Below, piece by piece: positions 1 to 8,900 of a DNA stretch of 61,130 bases (its first letter is position 1; each line of letters starts with the position of its first letter). Source of the DNA: Candidatus Delongbacteria bacterium (lineage in GTDB: Bacteria; UBA4055); assembly GCA_027858225.1 (NCBI GenBank), contig JAQIDB010000177.1, positions 1-61,130 on the forward strand, given 5' to 3'. Both the position numbers and the translations under genes were made by a program. The notes beneath the pieces are model-generated. The model searched no databases and was not told the origin of the DNA. It saw nothing but the letters and a program-made list of their open reading frames with translations.

Positions 1-386
1 CCAATCACAAAAAGATCAACATCACTTTCAGGTTTTTCTTCTCCGGATGCTATTGATCCAAAAATAAAAGCATATTCTATTGACTCAACACTCAAAGAAT
101 TCTTAAGAACATCTGCCAACCCATTTGTTTTCATAACAAGATCATGCAAAACTGAGTACAGTGGATGATTCCTATTTGCAGAATAATAGGTTCTGTTCCC
201 ATCAATTCTTTTAAGGATCAGTTCAAGTTTTGTCAACTTCTGAGCTTCTTGCCTGACTGAACCAATTGCATAACCGGAAAGTCTTTGAATTTCCCGAAGA
301 TGCAATTCTTTCGGTTCCAGTCCAAATAATATTCTAAAATATTCTGAACGAACCCTTGAAGAAAATATTTCTGCTAAAATATTCAT
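1..386 (-). CDS. Nucleotidyltransferase-domain protein (minimal nucleotidyltransferase, MNT-like), partial. The start codon is the complement of 384-386 and the 3' end lies beyond the window start.
   Basis: The minus-strand frame is open from the window edge. It translates as MNILAEIFSSRVRSEYFRILFGLEPKELHLREIQRLSGYAIGSVRQEAQKLTKLELILKRIDGNRTYYSANRNHPLYSVLHDLVMKTNGLADVLKNSLSVESIEYAFIFGSIASGEEKPESDVDLFVIG. It has a wHTH-like N-terminus followed by the GS-x(n)-D-x-D nucleotidyltransferase motif. It is absent from the ORF track because it is truncated by the window edge. Confidence 0.55.
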   Translation of the reverse strand, partial: MNILAEIFSSRVRSEYFRILFGLEPKELHLREIQRLSGYAIGSVRQEAQKLTKLELILKRIDGNRTYYSANRNHPLYSVLHDLVMKTNGLADVLKNSLSVESIEYAFIFGSIASGEEKPESDVDLFVI

Positions 387-406
387 CAGACCCTTGTTGT
401 TCGCTT

Positions 407-548
407 ACACCATACACTTGTTCGGTTTGCACATACAATAAATTTAATATAACTTTTTGCTGTAGTCAAGATAATTCTATAACCCATCCGAATATTGTAT
501 GGTACAGACATTCATTCGTTCGGTTTAAGCATACAATTATTCAAGCTT
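407..548. promoter_or_regulatory. Array of CATACAA-containing repeats (two adjacent 21-bp direct repeats, one inverted copy, one distal direct copy) in the promoter region of the nucleotidyltransferase gene.
   Basis: ttgttcgcttacaccatacac (407-427) and ttgttcggtttgcacatacaa (428-448) are adjacent direct repeats. ttgtatg at 506-512 is the inverted copy. cgttcggtttaagcatacaa (527-546) is a distal direct copy. All lie just upstream of the minus-strand ATG at 386. Confidence 0.3.
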
Positions 549-721
549 GACAGCTTTGCGCTCCTCTTATCATATATTTTACGACCGGTATGAGATCAAG
601 TCTAACATTTCGATAAACTCAATGTGACTTGATTGAATATCGTTGAGTAAAATATACCCCATCTGCCATTTGATAAGAGGCAGACCGATACTGCTATAAA
701 TTAGCACACTGTTAGGAGATT

Positions 722-1015
722 TAATGGCAGACTAGGCTTTTGGTTACTTTTTGCCATGTAAAAGTAACGAAACAAAGCGTGCATATTTGTAATAAGATTT
801 TCAATTTGCTGGGTTAAAAGTGCTATTTTACTTTTATTTTTACAATGCCGTAGGTATTGCTTATCACTAACACGGGGTTTCAGCCCCGTGACATTAGCTA
901 TACACACACGAGCAAACGGTTGAGCAATGCTCAACCGTTAAGTAGAAGGAAGATCTCTGTGGTGCACGGCACTAAAGTACCGTGTTATCAATAAATCGTC
1001 CCTACGGGACTTTTC
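722..1015 (+). ncRNA. Candidate structured small RNA of unknown family. It contains several perfect hairpins and ends in a GC hairpin plus T-run on the plus strand.
   Basis: The hairpins are aatggcag...tgccat with nested gttactttt/aaaagtaac (722-767), cacggggtttcagccccgtg (871-890), aacggttgagcaATGctcaaccgtt (915-939) and gtcccTACgggac followed by ttttc (998-1015). There is no credible ORF. The region lies between convergent or divergent genes. Confidence 0.3.
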
Positions 1016-1047
1016 ATTAATTGAAAAGTAACAAAACAAAAACTAGT

Positions 1048-2340
1048 TTAATTTTCATTTATCTCAAGCTCTTTGATTACTAGAACTTCATTATCCTCTA
1101 ATGTAGCATAATGTGTAAAACCTTGTTCCAGTAGTTTTTTTAGCTGTTTGCCAAATTTTTTCTCTCTTTTAAGAACTGACACCTCTTTTTTTGCTACTTT
1201 TTTACCATTTCTTTCTTTTATAGTTAACGGAACAATACCATTTCTAAAGTCTTTCGCACGGCTATATAATATATTTACATCATTATGCTCCGAATTAAAA
1301 ACAACCGCTAGTTTTAATTTTTTCTCGTTATTTTCCTGCTCTTCTTCCAACATTATATCAACGATCCGTTCAAAACCTATAGAAAAACCGCAAGCCGGAA
1401 CATCCTGCCCGATACGCTTTCCGATCATCTTGTCATATCTTCCACCACCACCGACAGAACCTGGATAATCCTTATACTTTATCTCATAGATCATACCTGT
1501 ATAATAACCCATGCCACGAACTAAAGTTGGATCGAATTCAATCTTATATTTAGAAGAATTAAAACTCTTTATTCCATCCACAACTTTTTTTAGATCATCA
1601 GTCATAATGCTTTCATCAAATTCGCCTGCTTCAAAATTTGTAACATCTTGTATTGCTGATGAAATTGCATTCTCACCAAATTCCTTTTCAGTCAGCTCCT
1701 TTTCAACTCCTTCAACACCTATCTTATCAAGCTTATCGAGAATGATAAAGACACTTTCGTGATCATCTTCTTTAAAACCCCATTTCGTTGCAAGATCCTT
1801 CAAAACTTTTCTATCATTTATCTTAATCGTAAAATCTTCAAATCCAACGTTCAACAAAGCTTGAGATGATGCGATCAGTAAATCTATCTCAGCAGTAATA
1901 TCTTTTTCTCCGATAACATCAATATCACATTGCATAAATTGTCTATAGCGACCTTTCTGTGGTCTTTCAGCTCTGAAAACCCAGTCAGCTTGAATAACTT
2001 TCATAGGTAAAGCTATCTTTCCCTGATTATTTGCAAATATTCTAGAAAGTGGAACTGTCAGATCAAATCTCATACCTGAATCAGCAAGATCATTCTCATC
2101 TTTTGCAGTATCAATCTTAAGCTTATTACCTCTTTTCATAACCTTGAAAGTAAGCTTTTCATTATCACCACCGTCTCCGGACTGTAATAAATTCAAATGC
2201 TCAAGTATCGGTGTCTCTATCTTTCTGTAACCAAATGAAGTATATGTATCAATGATCGTTCTTTTAACTCTTTCCCTAAGTTCCGCCTCATCAGGCAAAA
2301 AATCCTTCATTCCTCTAACAGGATTTGTATTAACTTTCAT
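1048..2340 (-). CDS. hisS: Histidine--tRNA ligase.
   Basis: The 430-aa ORF has class II aaRS HisRS hallmarks. The N-terminus reads MKGMKDFLPDEAELR, and there are an ...RYRQFMQCDID.. motif 2 region, a GGGGRYD motif and a C-terminal anticodon-binding domain. Confidence 0.95.
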   Translation of the reverse strand: MKVNTNPVRGMKDFLPDEAELRERVKRTIIDTYTSFGYRKIETPILEHLNLLQSGDGGDNEKLTFKVMKRGNKLKIDTAKDENDLADSGMRFDLTVPLSRIFANNQGKIALPMKVIQADWVFRAERPQKGRYRQFMQCDIDVIGEKDITAEIDLLIASSQALLNVGFEDFTIKINDRKVLKDLATKWGFKEDDHESVFIILDKLDKIGVEGVEKELTEKEFGENAISSAIQDVTNFEAGEFDESIMTDDLKKVVDGIKSFNSSKYKIEFDPTLVRGMGYYTGMIYEIKYKDYPGSVGGGGRYDKMIGKRIGQDVPACGFSIGFERIVDIMLEEEQENNEKKLKLAVVFNSEHNDVNILYSRAKDFRNGIVPLTIKERNGKKVAKKEVSVLKREKKFGKQLKKLLEQGFTHYATLEDNEVLVIKELEINEN

Positions 2341-2429
2341 GCTGTATCCTTAAAGTAATATTAATAATTAAGCTAAAATATAATGTTATATATAGCTTTT
2401 TGAAAATCTTTTATTTTTAAAATTCTATC

Positions 2430-2460
2430 TTGTCATCCTCGGACTTGATCCGGGGATCCA
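2430..2460. repeat. 31-bp palindromic interspersed element, copy 1 (identical copy at 59486-59516).
   Basis: ttgtcatcctcggacttgatccggggatcca is identical at both loci. The internal stem atccTcgga/tccggggat forms a 9-bp hairpin with one G-U pair if transcribed. Confidence 0.7.
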
Positions 2461-2548
2461 TATCTTAATACGTGTGGATATCCGTGTCAAGCACGAATAT
2501 GACTGTTAGCTCGGATGTTCAGCCCGACCCTACAATAATATTTAATTA

Positions 2549-2576
2549 TCAATTTTCAATTTTCAATTCTCAATTA
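2549..2576. repeat. Tandem heptamer (TCAATTT)x4 simple sequence repeat about 20 bp upstream of the start codon at 2598.
   Basis: tcaattt tcaattt tcaattc tcaatta read directly from the sequence. Confidence 0.7.
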
Positions 2577-2597
2577 TAAACATTATATTAAACAAAT

Positions 2598-3749
2598 ATG
2601 AAAAAGCCATACCTGCTACTCATACTTGTTTCATCAATAATGATCTTCTATTACGGACAGATAGATATCACCGCTGAACCATTCAATGAGATACCTGATA
2701 TAATCCATTACAGAATGATGGCAGAAGCATCACCAGGATTCAACCCAGAAGTATCCAGAAATTTCGGATATAGGATATTATCACCATGGATCGTAGGAAT
2801 ACTTCCAATGAATATAGACCTTGGATTTTATCTATTAACTATATTAATAGCCTTGATGATACCAATATTCTTATTCAAATTCCTAAAGCTGTTTGGTCTG
2901 AAAGAGAATATTGCGTTTTTTGTTACAATACTATTCATGCTAAACAAATACACTTACGGATTTGCGATCTGGGATTTTTACGATATAAATGACCTGGTCA
3001 CACATCTATTTATATTACTATTCTTCATAGCTTTGAAGAAAGAAAAATTCTTCTACATATCAGCTATTTTGATCATAGGTGTGCTGAACAGAGAAACAAT
3101 ATTATTCGCAGTTCCAGCAGGATTGATATACTATTGGTTCAAAGAAAAATCCCCAAAGAAAACTTACAAGCTAATTGCAGCTACATTACCTGCAGTAATT
3201 ATACTTACAGGTGTGAGAACATTTATAGTTACTGAGTCATCTTCCGGTGGAGGATTGACAAATGCAGGTGGAGGACTAGCTCATTCATTTGGTAAACTTC
3301 ACTTTGATGATAATAACAAGATCTTTAAGCCTGGTACTTACTATAGGATTATTATTAATACATTTTTACCTCTAGCTTTACTTCCAGTAGTGTTTTACAG
3401 AGAAAAAATAAAATTCCTCAAAGAATATTCATACCTTATGGTCTTTGTCGTTATCTATTTCCTTAGTTGTTTCTTAGCCGGAGATAACGAAAGATTATTT
3501 GCACCAGTTTTCCCTGTATTCTATCTGATGATAGGCTATATTTTACAAAGTAGGGAACTTCTAACCAAAAGAAATAAATATGTTCTTCTAGGATTAACTA
3601 TTTTAGCTCTTCCTCACCATATGTATTCAAGATTCGTAGTACCGGATAAAATGATTACAATTGTTTTTTCTCTTGCAAGTTTACTATTTATTACAGTATA
3701 TTCAATATATATGAAATTTCGTTCGAATAAATCTGGAGATCAATTATGA
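2598..3749 (+). CDS. Polytopic integral membrane protein, possibly a GT-C-type membrane glycosyltransferase or polysaccharide polymerase. It is translationally coupled to the downstream GT2 gene.
   Basis: The 383-aa protein has about 10 predicted hydrophobic helices. Its stop overlaps the next start (ATGA overlap at 3746-3749). No soluble domain was recognised. Confidence 0.4.
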   Translation: MKKPYLLLILVSSIMIFYYGQIDITAEPFNEIPDIIHYRMMAEASPGFNPEVSRNFGYRILSPWIVGILPMNIDLGFYLLTILIALMIPIFLFKFLKLFGLKENIAFFVTILFMLNKYTYGFAIWDFYDINDLVTHLFILLFFIALKKEKFFYISAILIIGVLNRETILFAVPAGLIYYWFKEKSPKKTYKLIAATLPAVIILTGVRTFIVTESSSGGGLTNAGGGLAHSFGKLHFDDNNKIFKPGTYYRIIINTFLPLALLPVVFYREKIKFLKEYSYLMVFVVIYFLSCFLAGDNERLFAPVFPVFYLMIGYILQSRELLTKRNKYVLLGLTILALPHHMYSRFVVPDKMITIVFSLASLLFITVYSIYMKFRSNKSGDQL

Positions 3750-4609
3750 TAAGGATGTCAATAATTATACCTACATATAATAGACCTGATTCGATAAAAA
3801 GAACTGTTAATTCAATTTTAGACCATGACACAAAGAATTACTATGAGATAATTGTAATAAATGACAGTCCTGAGCATCTTATTGAAAGTTTCTTTGATAA
3901 AAAGGTAACGGTCGTTAACAATGGTGAGAATATTGGTAGATCAAAAGCCCGTAATAAAGGAGCATCTATGGCTCAGGGAGATATTCTATTTTTTATTGAT
4001 GATGATATTGAGATGAAAGATAATTTATTCGACACATATGTTGAATTGATGGACGGAGACTTTGACGCAGTATTTTCAAATGTAAATAATATTAGAACTG
4101 ACGGAACAGTATGTGTATTAAATAAATTCTTAAATACACGTGGTGCTAATCAGAAGAATTTTGAAAACAATTTTAAAAGTAATTACTTTACGTCTGCTTT
4201 CTGTGGTATAAAGAAGGATTTCTTTGAGAAGATAGGTAAGTTCGATGAAAACTTTAAAGGTTACGGGTGGGAAGATCCTGAGCTTGGTATGAGAATTGAG
4301 AAAAATGGTGGGAAGATCAAATTTTACAAGACTGCAACTTTGAACCATTATCATGATAAAGATATTGACCAATGGGTAAAACAACTTGAAAATTCAGGTG
4401 TTAATTTTAAACATATAATTGAGAAATATCCTGAAAATACAGATAGATTTAACTACGATTTTTTAACTTCCTGGAAAGCAGGACTTATCTTCAATCCAAT
4501 GTTTTTTGCTATCGGAAAAATGAAAACAAAGCTTTTTGGTGGGATGATGAATTTTATCATGTATAGATATTTATTCGCTGGATCAATTTACAGGTCATTA
4601 AAAGAATAA
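3746..4609 (+). CDS. Family 2 glycosyltransferase (GT-A fold).
   Basis: The N-terminus MSIIIPTYNRPDSIKRTV is a GT2 signature. A FFIDDDIE motif (DxD) and GWEDPELGMR are present. Length is 287 aa. Confidence 0.8.
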   Translation: MIRMSIIIPTYNRPDSIKRTVNSILDHDTKNYYEIIVINDSPEHLIESFFDKKVTVVNNGENIGRSKARNKGASMAQGDILFFIDDDIEMKDNLFDTYVELMDGDFDAVFSNVNNIRTDGTVCVLNKFLNTRGANQKNFENNFKSNYFTSAFCGIKKDFFEKIGKFDENFKGYGWEDPELGMRIEKNGGKIKFYKTATLNHYHDKDIDQWVKQLENSGVNFKHIIEKYPENTDRFNYDFLTSWKAGLIFNPMFFAIGKMKTKLFGGMMNFIMYRYLFAGSIYRSLKE

Positions 4610-4630
4610 AAACGGTTCGTACGGAAAGCA

Positions 4631-4651
4631 GGGTCGCATTCCTGCGATCCC
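4631..4651. terminator. Weak hairpin between convergent genes (GT2 and xseA), overlapping the xseA stop codon.
   Basis: gggtcgca ttcc tgcgatccc forms a stem with one bulge. No clean U-tract is present. Confidence 0.3.
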
Positions 4652-5925
4652 TACATCTTTACATCCACTTTTCCATCTTTAAACTGAACTTGAAGTTCAG
4701 TTTTTTTGTTAACTTTTTTCACAGATGAGACGATCTTTTCAGTCTTTTTATCTCTTACGATCGCAAAACCTCTGTTAAGAACAGACTCGGGATCAAGTGT
4801 TCTTAAAATTTCGTCATAATTTGATAATTTTTGTTTCTCTGAATCAAATCTTACTTTGAATAACATAGAAAATTTATCTTCGATATTATCAAGGACCATA
4901 ATATAGTTATTTAAAATATCTGCAGGTCTTTTAAAAGCATGAGAATTTTTGTAGGCATTCAGAATTTCATTTTGTCTCTGGAAATAATTTAAAATAGAAG
5001 ATTCCAATCTGCTGTTATATTGGCCGATTCTCATATTTTCTTCAGTGAGATTTATTGTAGCTATTTCTGCAGCATGTGAAGGCGTAGCAGCTCTAACATC
5101 TGCCACAAAATCTGAAATAGAAAAATCTATTTCATGTCCAACAGCACTGATGATAGGTATCTTAGAATTAAATACAGCTCTAGCAACTACTTCTTCATTG
5201 AAAGTCCAAAGATCTTCTAGTGATCCACCACCTCTACCGATAATAAGTACATCTACAGGATCAGCTTGAGAATTAAATAATTCAATACCGGCAACTATCT
5301 CTGACTCTGTCCCTTTCCCCTGAACTCTTGCATTATAAATAAATATATTTACAAACGGAGCTCTTGATCGAATCACTTTTCTGATATCCTGAAAGGCAGC
5401 TCCAGTTTCAGCAGTTATAACGCCTATATTTTTAACTAAAAATGGTAAAGCTTTCTTATGTAATTGATTAAACAAACCTTCTTCTAGAAGTTTCCGCTTT
5501 AAAACTTCAAATTGTTCCTGAAGTTCTCCGATACCTGAGATAGTCATTTTCTTAACATCTATCTGATATCTTCCACTACCTTCATAAACAGTTACATTGC
5601 CGAGAACAATCACTTTCTGACCGTTCTCAGGTCTAAAACTCAATCGATCACCTGTTGATCTCCACATTACACAGCTGATTACAGCTTTATCATCCTTTAA
5701 GCTGAAATAATGATGACCCGAGCTATGATGCTTATGATTAGATATTTCACCCTCTATCCAAATTCCAGAAAAGCTTGGTTCAAGAACACCTTTTATCTTT
5801 TTAGTAATTTCATAAACAGAAAGAACTTCTTTTTCTTTTTTCTCTTTCTTTTTTTCAATTGGAAGAGGTTTTTCAACTTTTTTTGTTTTCTCTTCTTCTT
5901 TAATATATGAAAATAGATCTATCAT
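4651..5925 (-). CDS. xseA: Exodeoxyribonuclease VII large subunit, with a Lys/Glu-rich N-terminal extension.
   Basis: The 424-aa protein has an OB-fold region LSVYEITKKIKGVLEP.FSGIWIEGEISN...SGHHYFSLKD followed by a catalytic domain. It starts 1 nt after the stop of the upstream giant ORF. Confidence 0.9.
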   Translation of the reverse strand: MIDLFSYIKEEEKTKKVEKPLPIEKKKEKKEKEVLSVYEITKKIKGVLEPSFSGIWIEGEISNHKHHSSGHHYFSLKDDKAVISCVMWRSTGDRLSFRPENGQKVIVLGNVTVYEGSGRYQIDVKKMTISGIGELQEQFEVLKRKLLEEGLFNQLHKKALPFLVKNIGVITAETGAAFQDIRKVIRSRAPFVNIFIYNARVQGKGTESEIVAGIELFNSQADPVDVLIIGRGGGSLEDLWTFNEEVVARAVFNSKIPIISAVGHEIDFSISDFVADVRAATPSHAAEIATINLTEENMRIGQYNSRLESSILNYFQRQNEILNAYKNSHAFKRPADILNNYIMVLDNIEDKFSMLFKVRFDSEKQKLSNYDEILRTLDPESVLNRGFAIVRDKKTEKIVSSVKKVNKKTELQVQFKDGKVDVKM

Positions 5926-5926
5926 T

Positions 5927-8900
5927 TTATCGTCCTGTAATACTTAAGGAAGCTCTTAGCTCAAATTTATGATTCGTATTCACAACTGCTCTAGCTCCAT
6001 AACTTTGAGTTTCATTATAATTATATGAATAAGACATAGTACCACTAAGTTTCTTAGATAATTTATAGGTAATATCAGGGGATACCGAAAAGTTGTCAGA
6101 CTTAATTCCATCCATATAACCTTCATATTCTTTAGCTTCAACATCATACTTATAAGTTTCAGAAGCATTATAAGACAATGTTAAATTATATCTAATATCA
6201 TTTTCTAATCTTCTTCCGTTAAAAGGCCAAAAATTAAATGGTATTTTAAATCCACCTTTTTGATTAAATCCACTGGACATTCTTAGTTCACGTGAATATT
6301 TTTTATCTCCAGATTGAACTCCTGTCACTCCATTTTCAGATTTATAAGATTCTTTCATATCATAAGCATAATTATACGAGGCATTAAAATTAAATCCATT
6401 TTTTAGACTAATTTTAAAACCTGCCAATGGTCTAAAAGATACATTATAAGATTTTGATAGTACTTTTAGAATATCAGAATCTAGATTAGGTATTCCTGTC
6501 AAATACATATCAGGAGTATTACCATCAATATACCAAGCAGATGAAACATTTCCTGATTTGGCATGAGATAAGGAAAGTGAAGTAATGCTTTCTGTATTTG
6601 GAATTAACTTTTCCAATCCTTTTATATTAATCGAATAGTTTGGGATCAACAAGGAATTGACTTCACTTTTTTTATGTTCTTCTTCAGTAACCCAAGGCCA
6701 AACAAAATTTGTTTCAGTATCAGTACCAGAAAATCCATTATTTTCACTGTATGATCTATTAAATTGATATTGAATTCCATCAAATGCCAAATTTTTAGAA
6801 ATACTTAATCTTGTATTTCCAGATAAGCCCCAACTACCTCCCCAACTGGAACTGGATAATGTATAATTAATATCTTTGGGTTTTGTAGCTACACCGAATA
6901 TAAAACCAAGATCAGCTTGGTCATATGAACTAATATCACTAAAAGAATTTTCTCTGTTTTGAGAATAAGATAATGAAAAATCCGATAAATTACTTTTTAG
7001 GAAATCAAGTATTGATTTTTTCTTTATTGAGCTTGTTGATTTACTCTTCCTAGCACCTCTCATATCAACTGGTTTCTTTTCTTCTTTTGGATTTTCTTCC
7101 TTTGGAGGTTCATTATTCTGCTGAATATTATCTTTTTTTACTATTTTTTTTGGAAAGAAATAGCTTATTGAGTTCTGAATACCTGTTATAATATCTTTCG
7201 TTTTTAATTTTGTCCCCAGCTTTGCATCATAACGATTTTTTATATTAGCTGATGCTGTACTGCTGGCCAAATTACCATTCCAACTATACGATGTATTAAA
7301 AGAAAGATTATTAGTCCAGAATTTGAAAAAATTAAGTTTTAAGCTATTCTTTAATCCCGATTGCATACTGGATAATGCTCCAAAATCAAACATCGCAAGA
7401 TCAGAAAAATCTTTAGTTTTATCTTCGACTATAATTGTATCCATCTTAGTCTTGAACATATCTGATTTTAGTGTAAGGTCATAACTGGAGCTCAAGATCG
7501 GTATCGGAGTAATACTTGTGTTAAAAGTTCTGGTAACATTAAACAACCCCGAATTCGAAGAACTTCCTTTTCTTGTCATAGACTCTGTTTTATTTTTATT
7601 GGTTGTTAATCCCGTTGTATAACTTGATGGGAAAAAGATAAATTTCATATCTTTCATTCCTTTCATAAAACTATTAGCTCCTACCCAACCAAAAGGTCGA
7701 AATGAGAACCATGATTCAGGTAAATTCAAGGAATAACCCACAGTATATCTATATGCTTCGGTCTTTGTGTTTAAGTATGTTGCATTACTTGAATTTGAAA
7801 AAGTAGCATTCCCTGAAAATGATAATTTATCTAAAGTATGTTTGATGTATGGATTATTTGATTTTGAAGTTTTCTTTATTGAGAAATCATACTGATTTCT
7901 TACAGTTTTTGTTCTCACAGAATCAGGAATATTATTTTCATCCACCAGAATGTCAGTACTACCCTGATATTTTGTATAGCTATCATTGTTCGAATATGTG
8001 TATTTAACAGGGAGTTTTATACCTAACTTTTGAGGTACTAATTTATCTAAATTGAAAGTGGAGTTTAAATTAAAATTCTGCGAAGTCAAACCACTGCCAC
8101 TTTTCTCTTCTATTCTGTGGAAATTACCATCTTGTCTTGTGATTTCTGCATCTACAGTTGCTATATCTGCAATTTCTATCCTCGTTTTAGCTCTCATTGC
8201 AATACCAGGATCTTTCTTGACCTTTACTAACCTAAGCTCATCTAACCAAATTTCATTGTCAAGTCCTGTACCTGCTGAATCAATAACTCCCACGTTAAAA
8301 TACTTTACATTTTGAAGCGTTGGATTTCCCAATATACCAAGATACCTATTAATCGATTCATTATTAAATCCCTTCATATACATAGAATCTGGCTTTGCAT
8401 TCTCATCTGATCTGAATGTTTTAAGATCTGTTAGGTCACTCAATGGAATTACCATTTGATTATTGGCTACAGAGTTATCCCATCCTGGAACTAGCTTTGA
8501 TCTATACTCATAATAATTTAAAGAATCAGAACCGAACCTATAGATAAAATACGTAGCTCTATCTTCCCAAAGAGGAACATCCTTGTCGCTACCACCATGA
8601 ATGAACATTTTCATTTCTTCATACATTAAATAATTCTCACCTGAACTAAGAAATTTTGTTAAAATAGCTTCACGGGGAGTATCCGAAAAATAAATTTCCT
8701 CAAGAGATATATCTAATAATAGTGACTGTTCAGTTTCTTCCACATTATCAGAATCAACTCTCTTTACTCCAGGAGGTGAATCATACCTTTCTTTATCATC
8801 TTGATTATTGATAGTTTTAGCTTCGATTCTTTTCTTACTTCCTCCTCTGGCGGCCCATTCGTTTCCTACAAGATTTAATGTGACAAATTGTATTTTTGTG

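Noticed and set aside
356-550. 64-aa plus-strand ORF in the ORF track.
   Set aside because: It overlaps the start of the minus-strand nucleotidyltransferase gene and the repeat array. Its composition is Cys/Ser-rich and odd. No SD is present. It is most likely spurious.
701-934. 77-aa minus-strand ORF.
   Set aside because: It runs straight through the perfect hairpins of the candidate sRNA region. It has no RBS. It is treated as non-coding.
722-1015. Retron msr/msd or group II intron fragment as an explanation of the hairpin block.
   Set aside because: No reverse-transcriptase ORF lies adjacent or anywhere nearby. No intron domain V/VI signature was recognised.
1148-1762. Two plus-strand ORFs (106 and 83 aa) inside hisS.
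   Set aside because: They are antisense to a highly confident HisRS reading frame. This is a typical shadow-ORF artefact.
2341-2597. T-box leader upstream of hisS.
   Set aside because: No T-box consensus or specifier/antiterminator structure was recognisable. The region instead holds the 31-bp palindromic element and the heptamer repeat.
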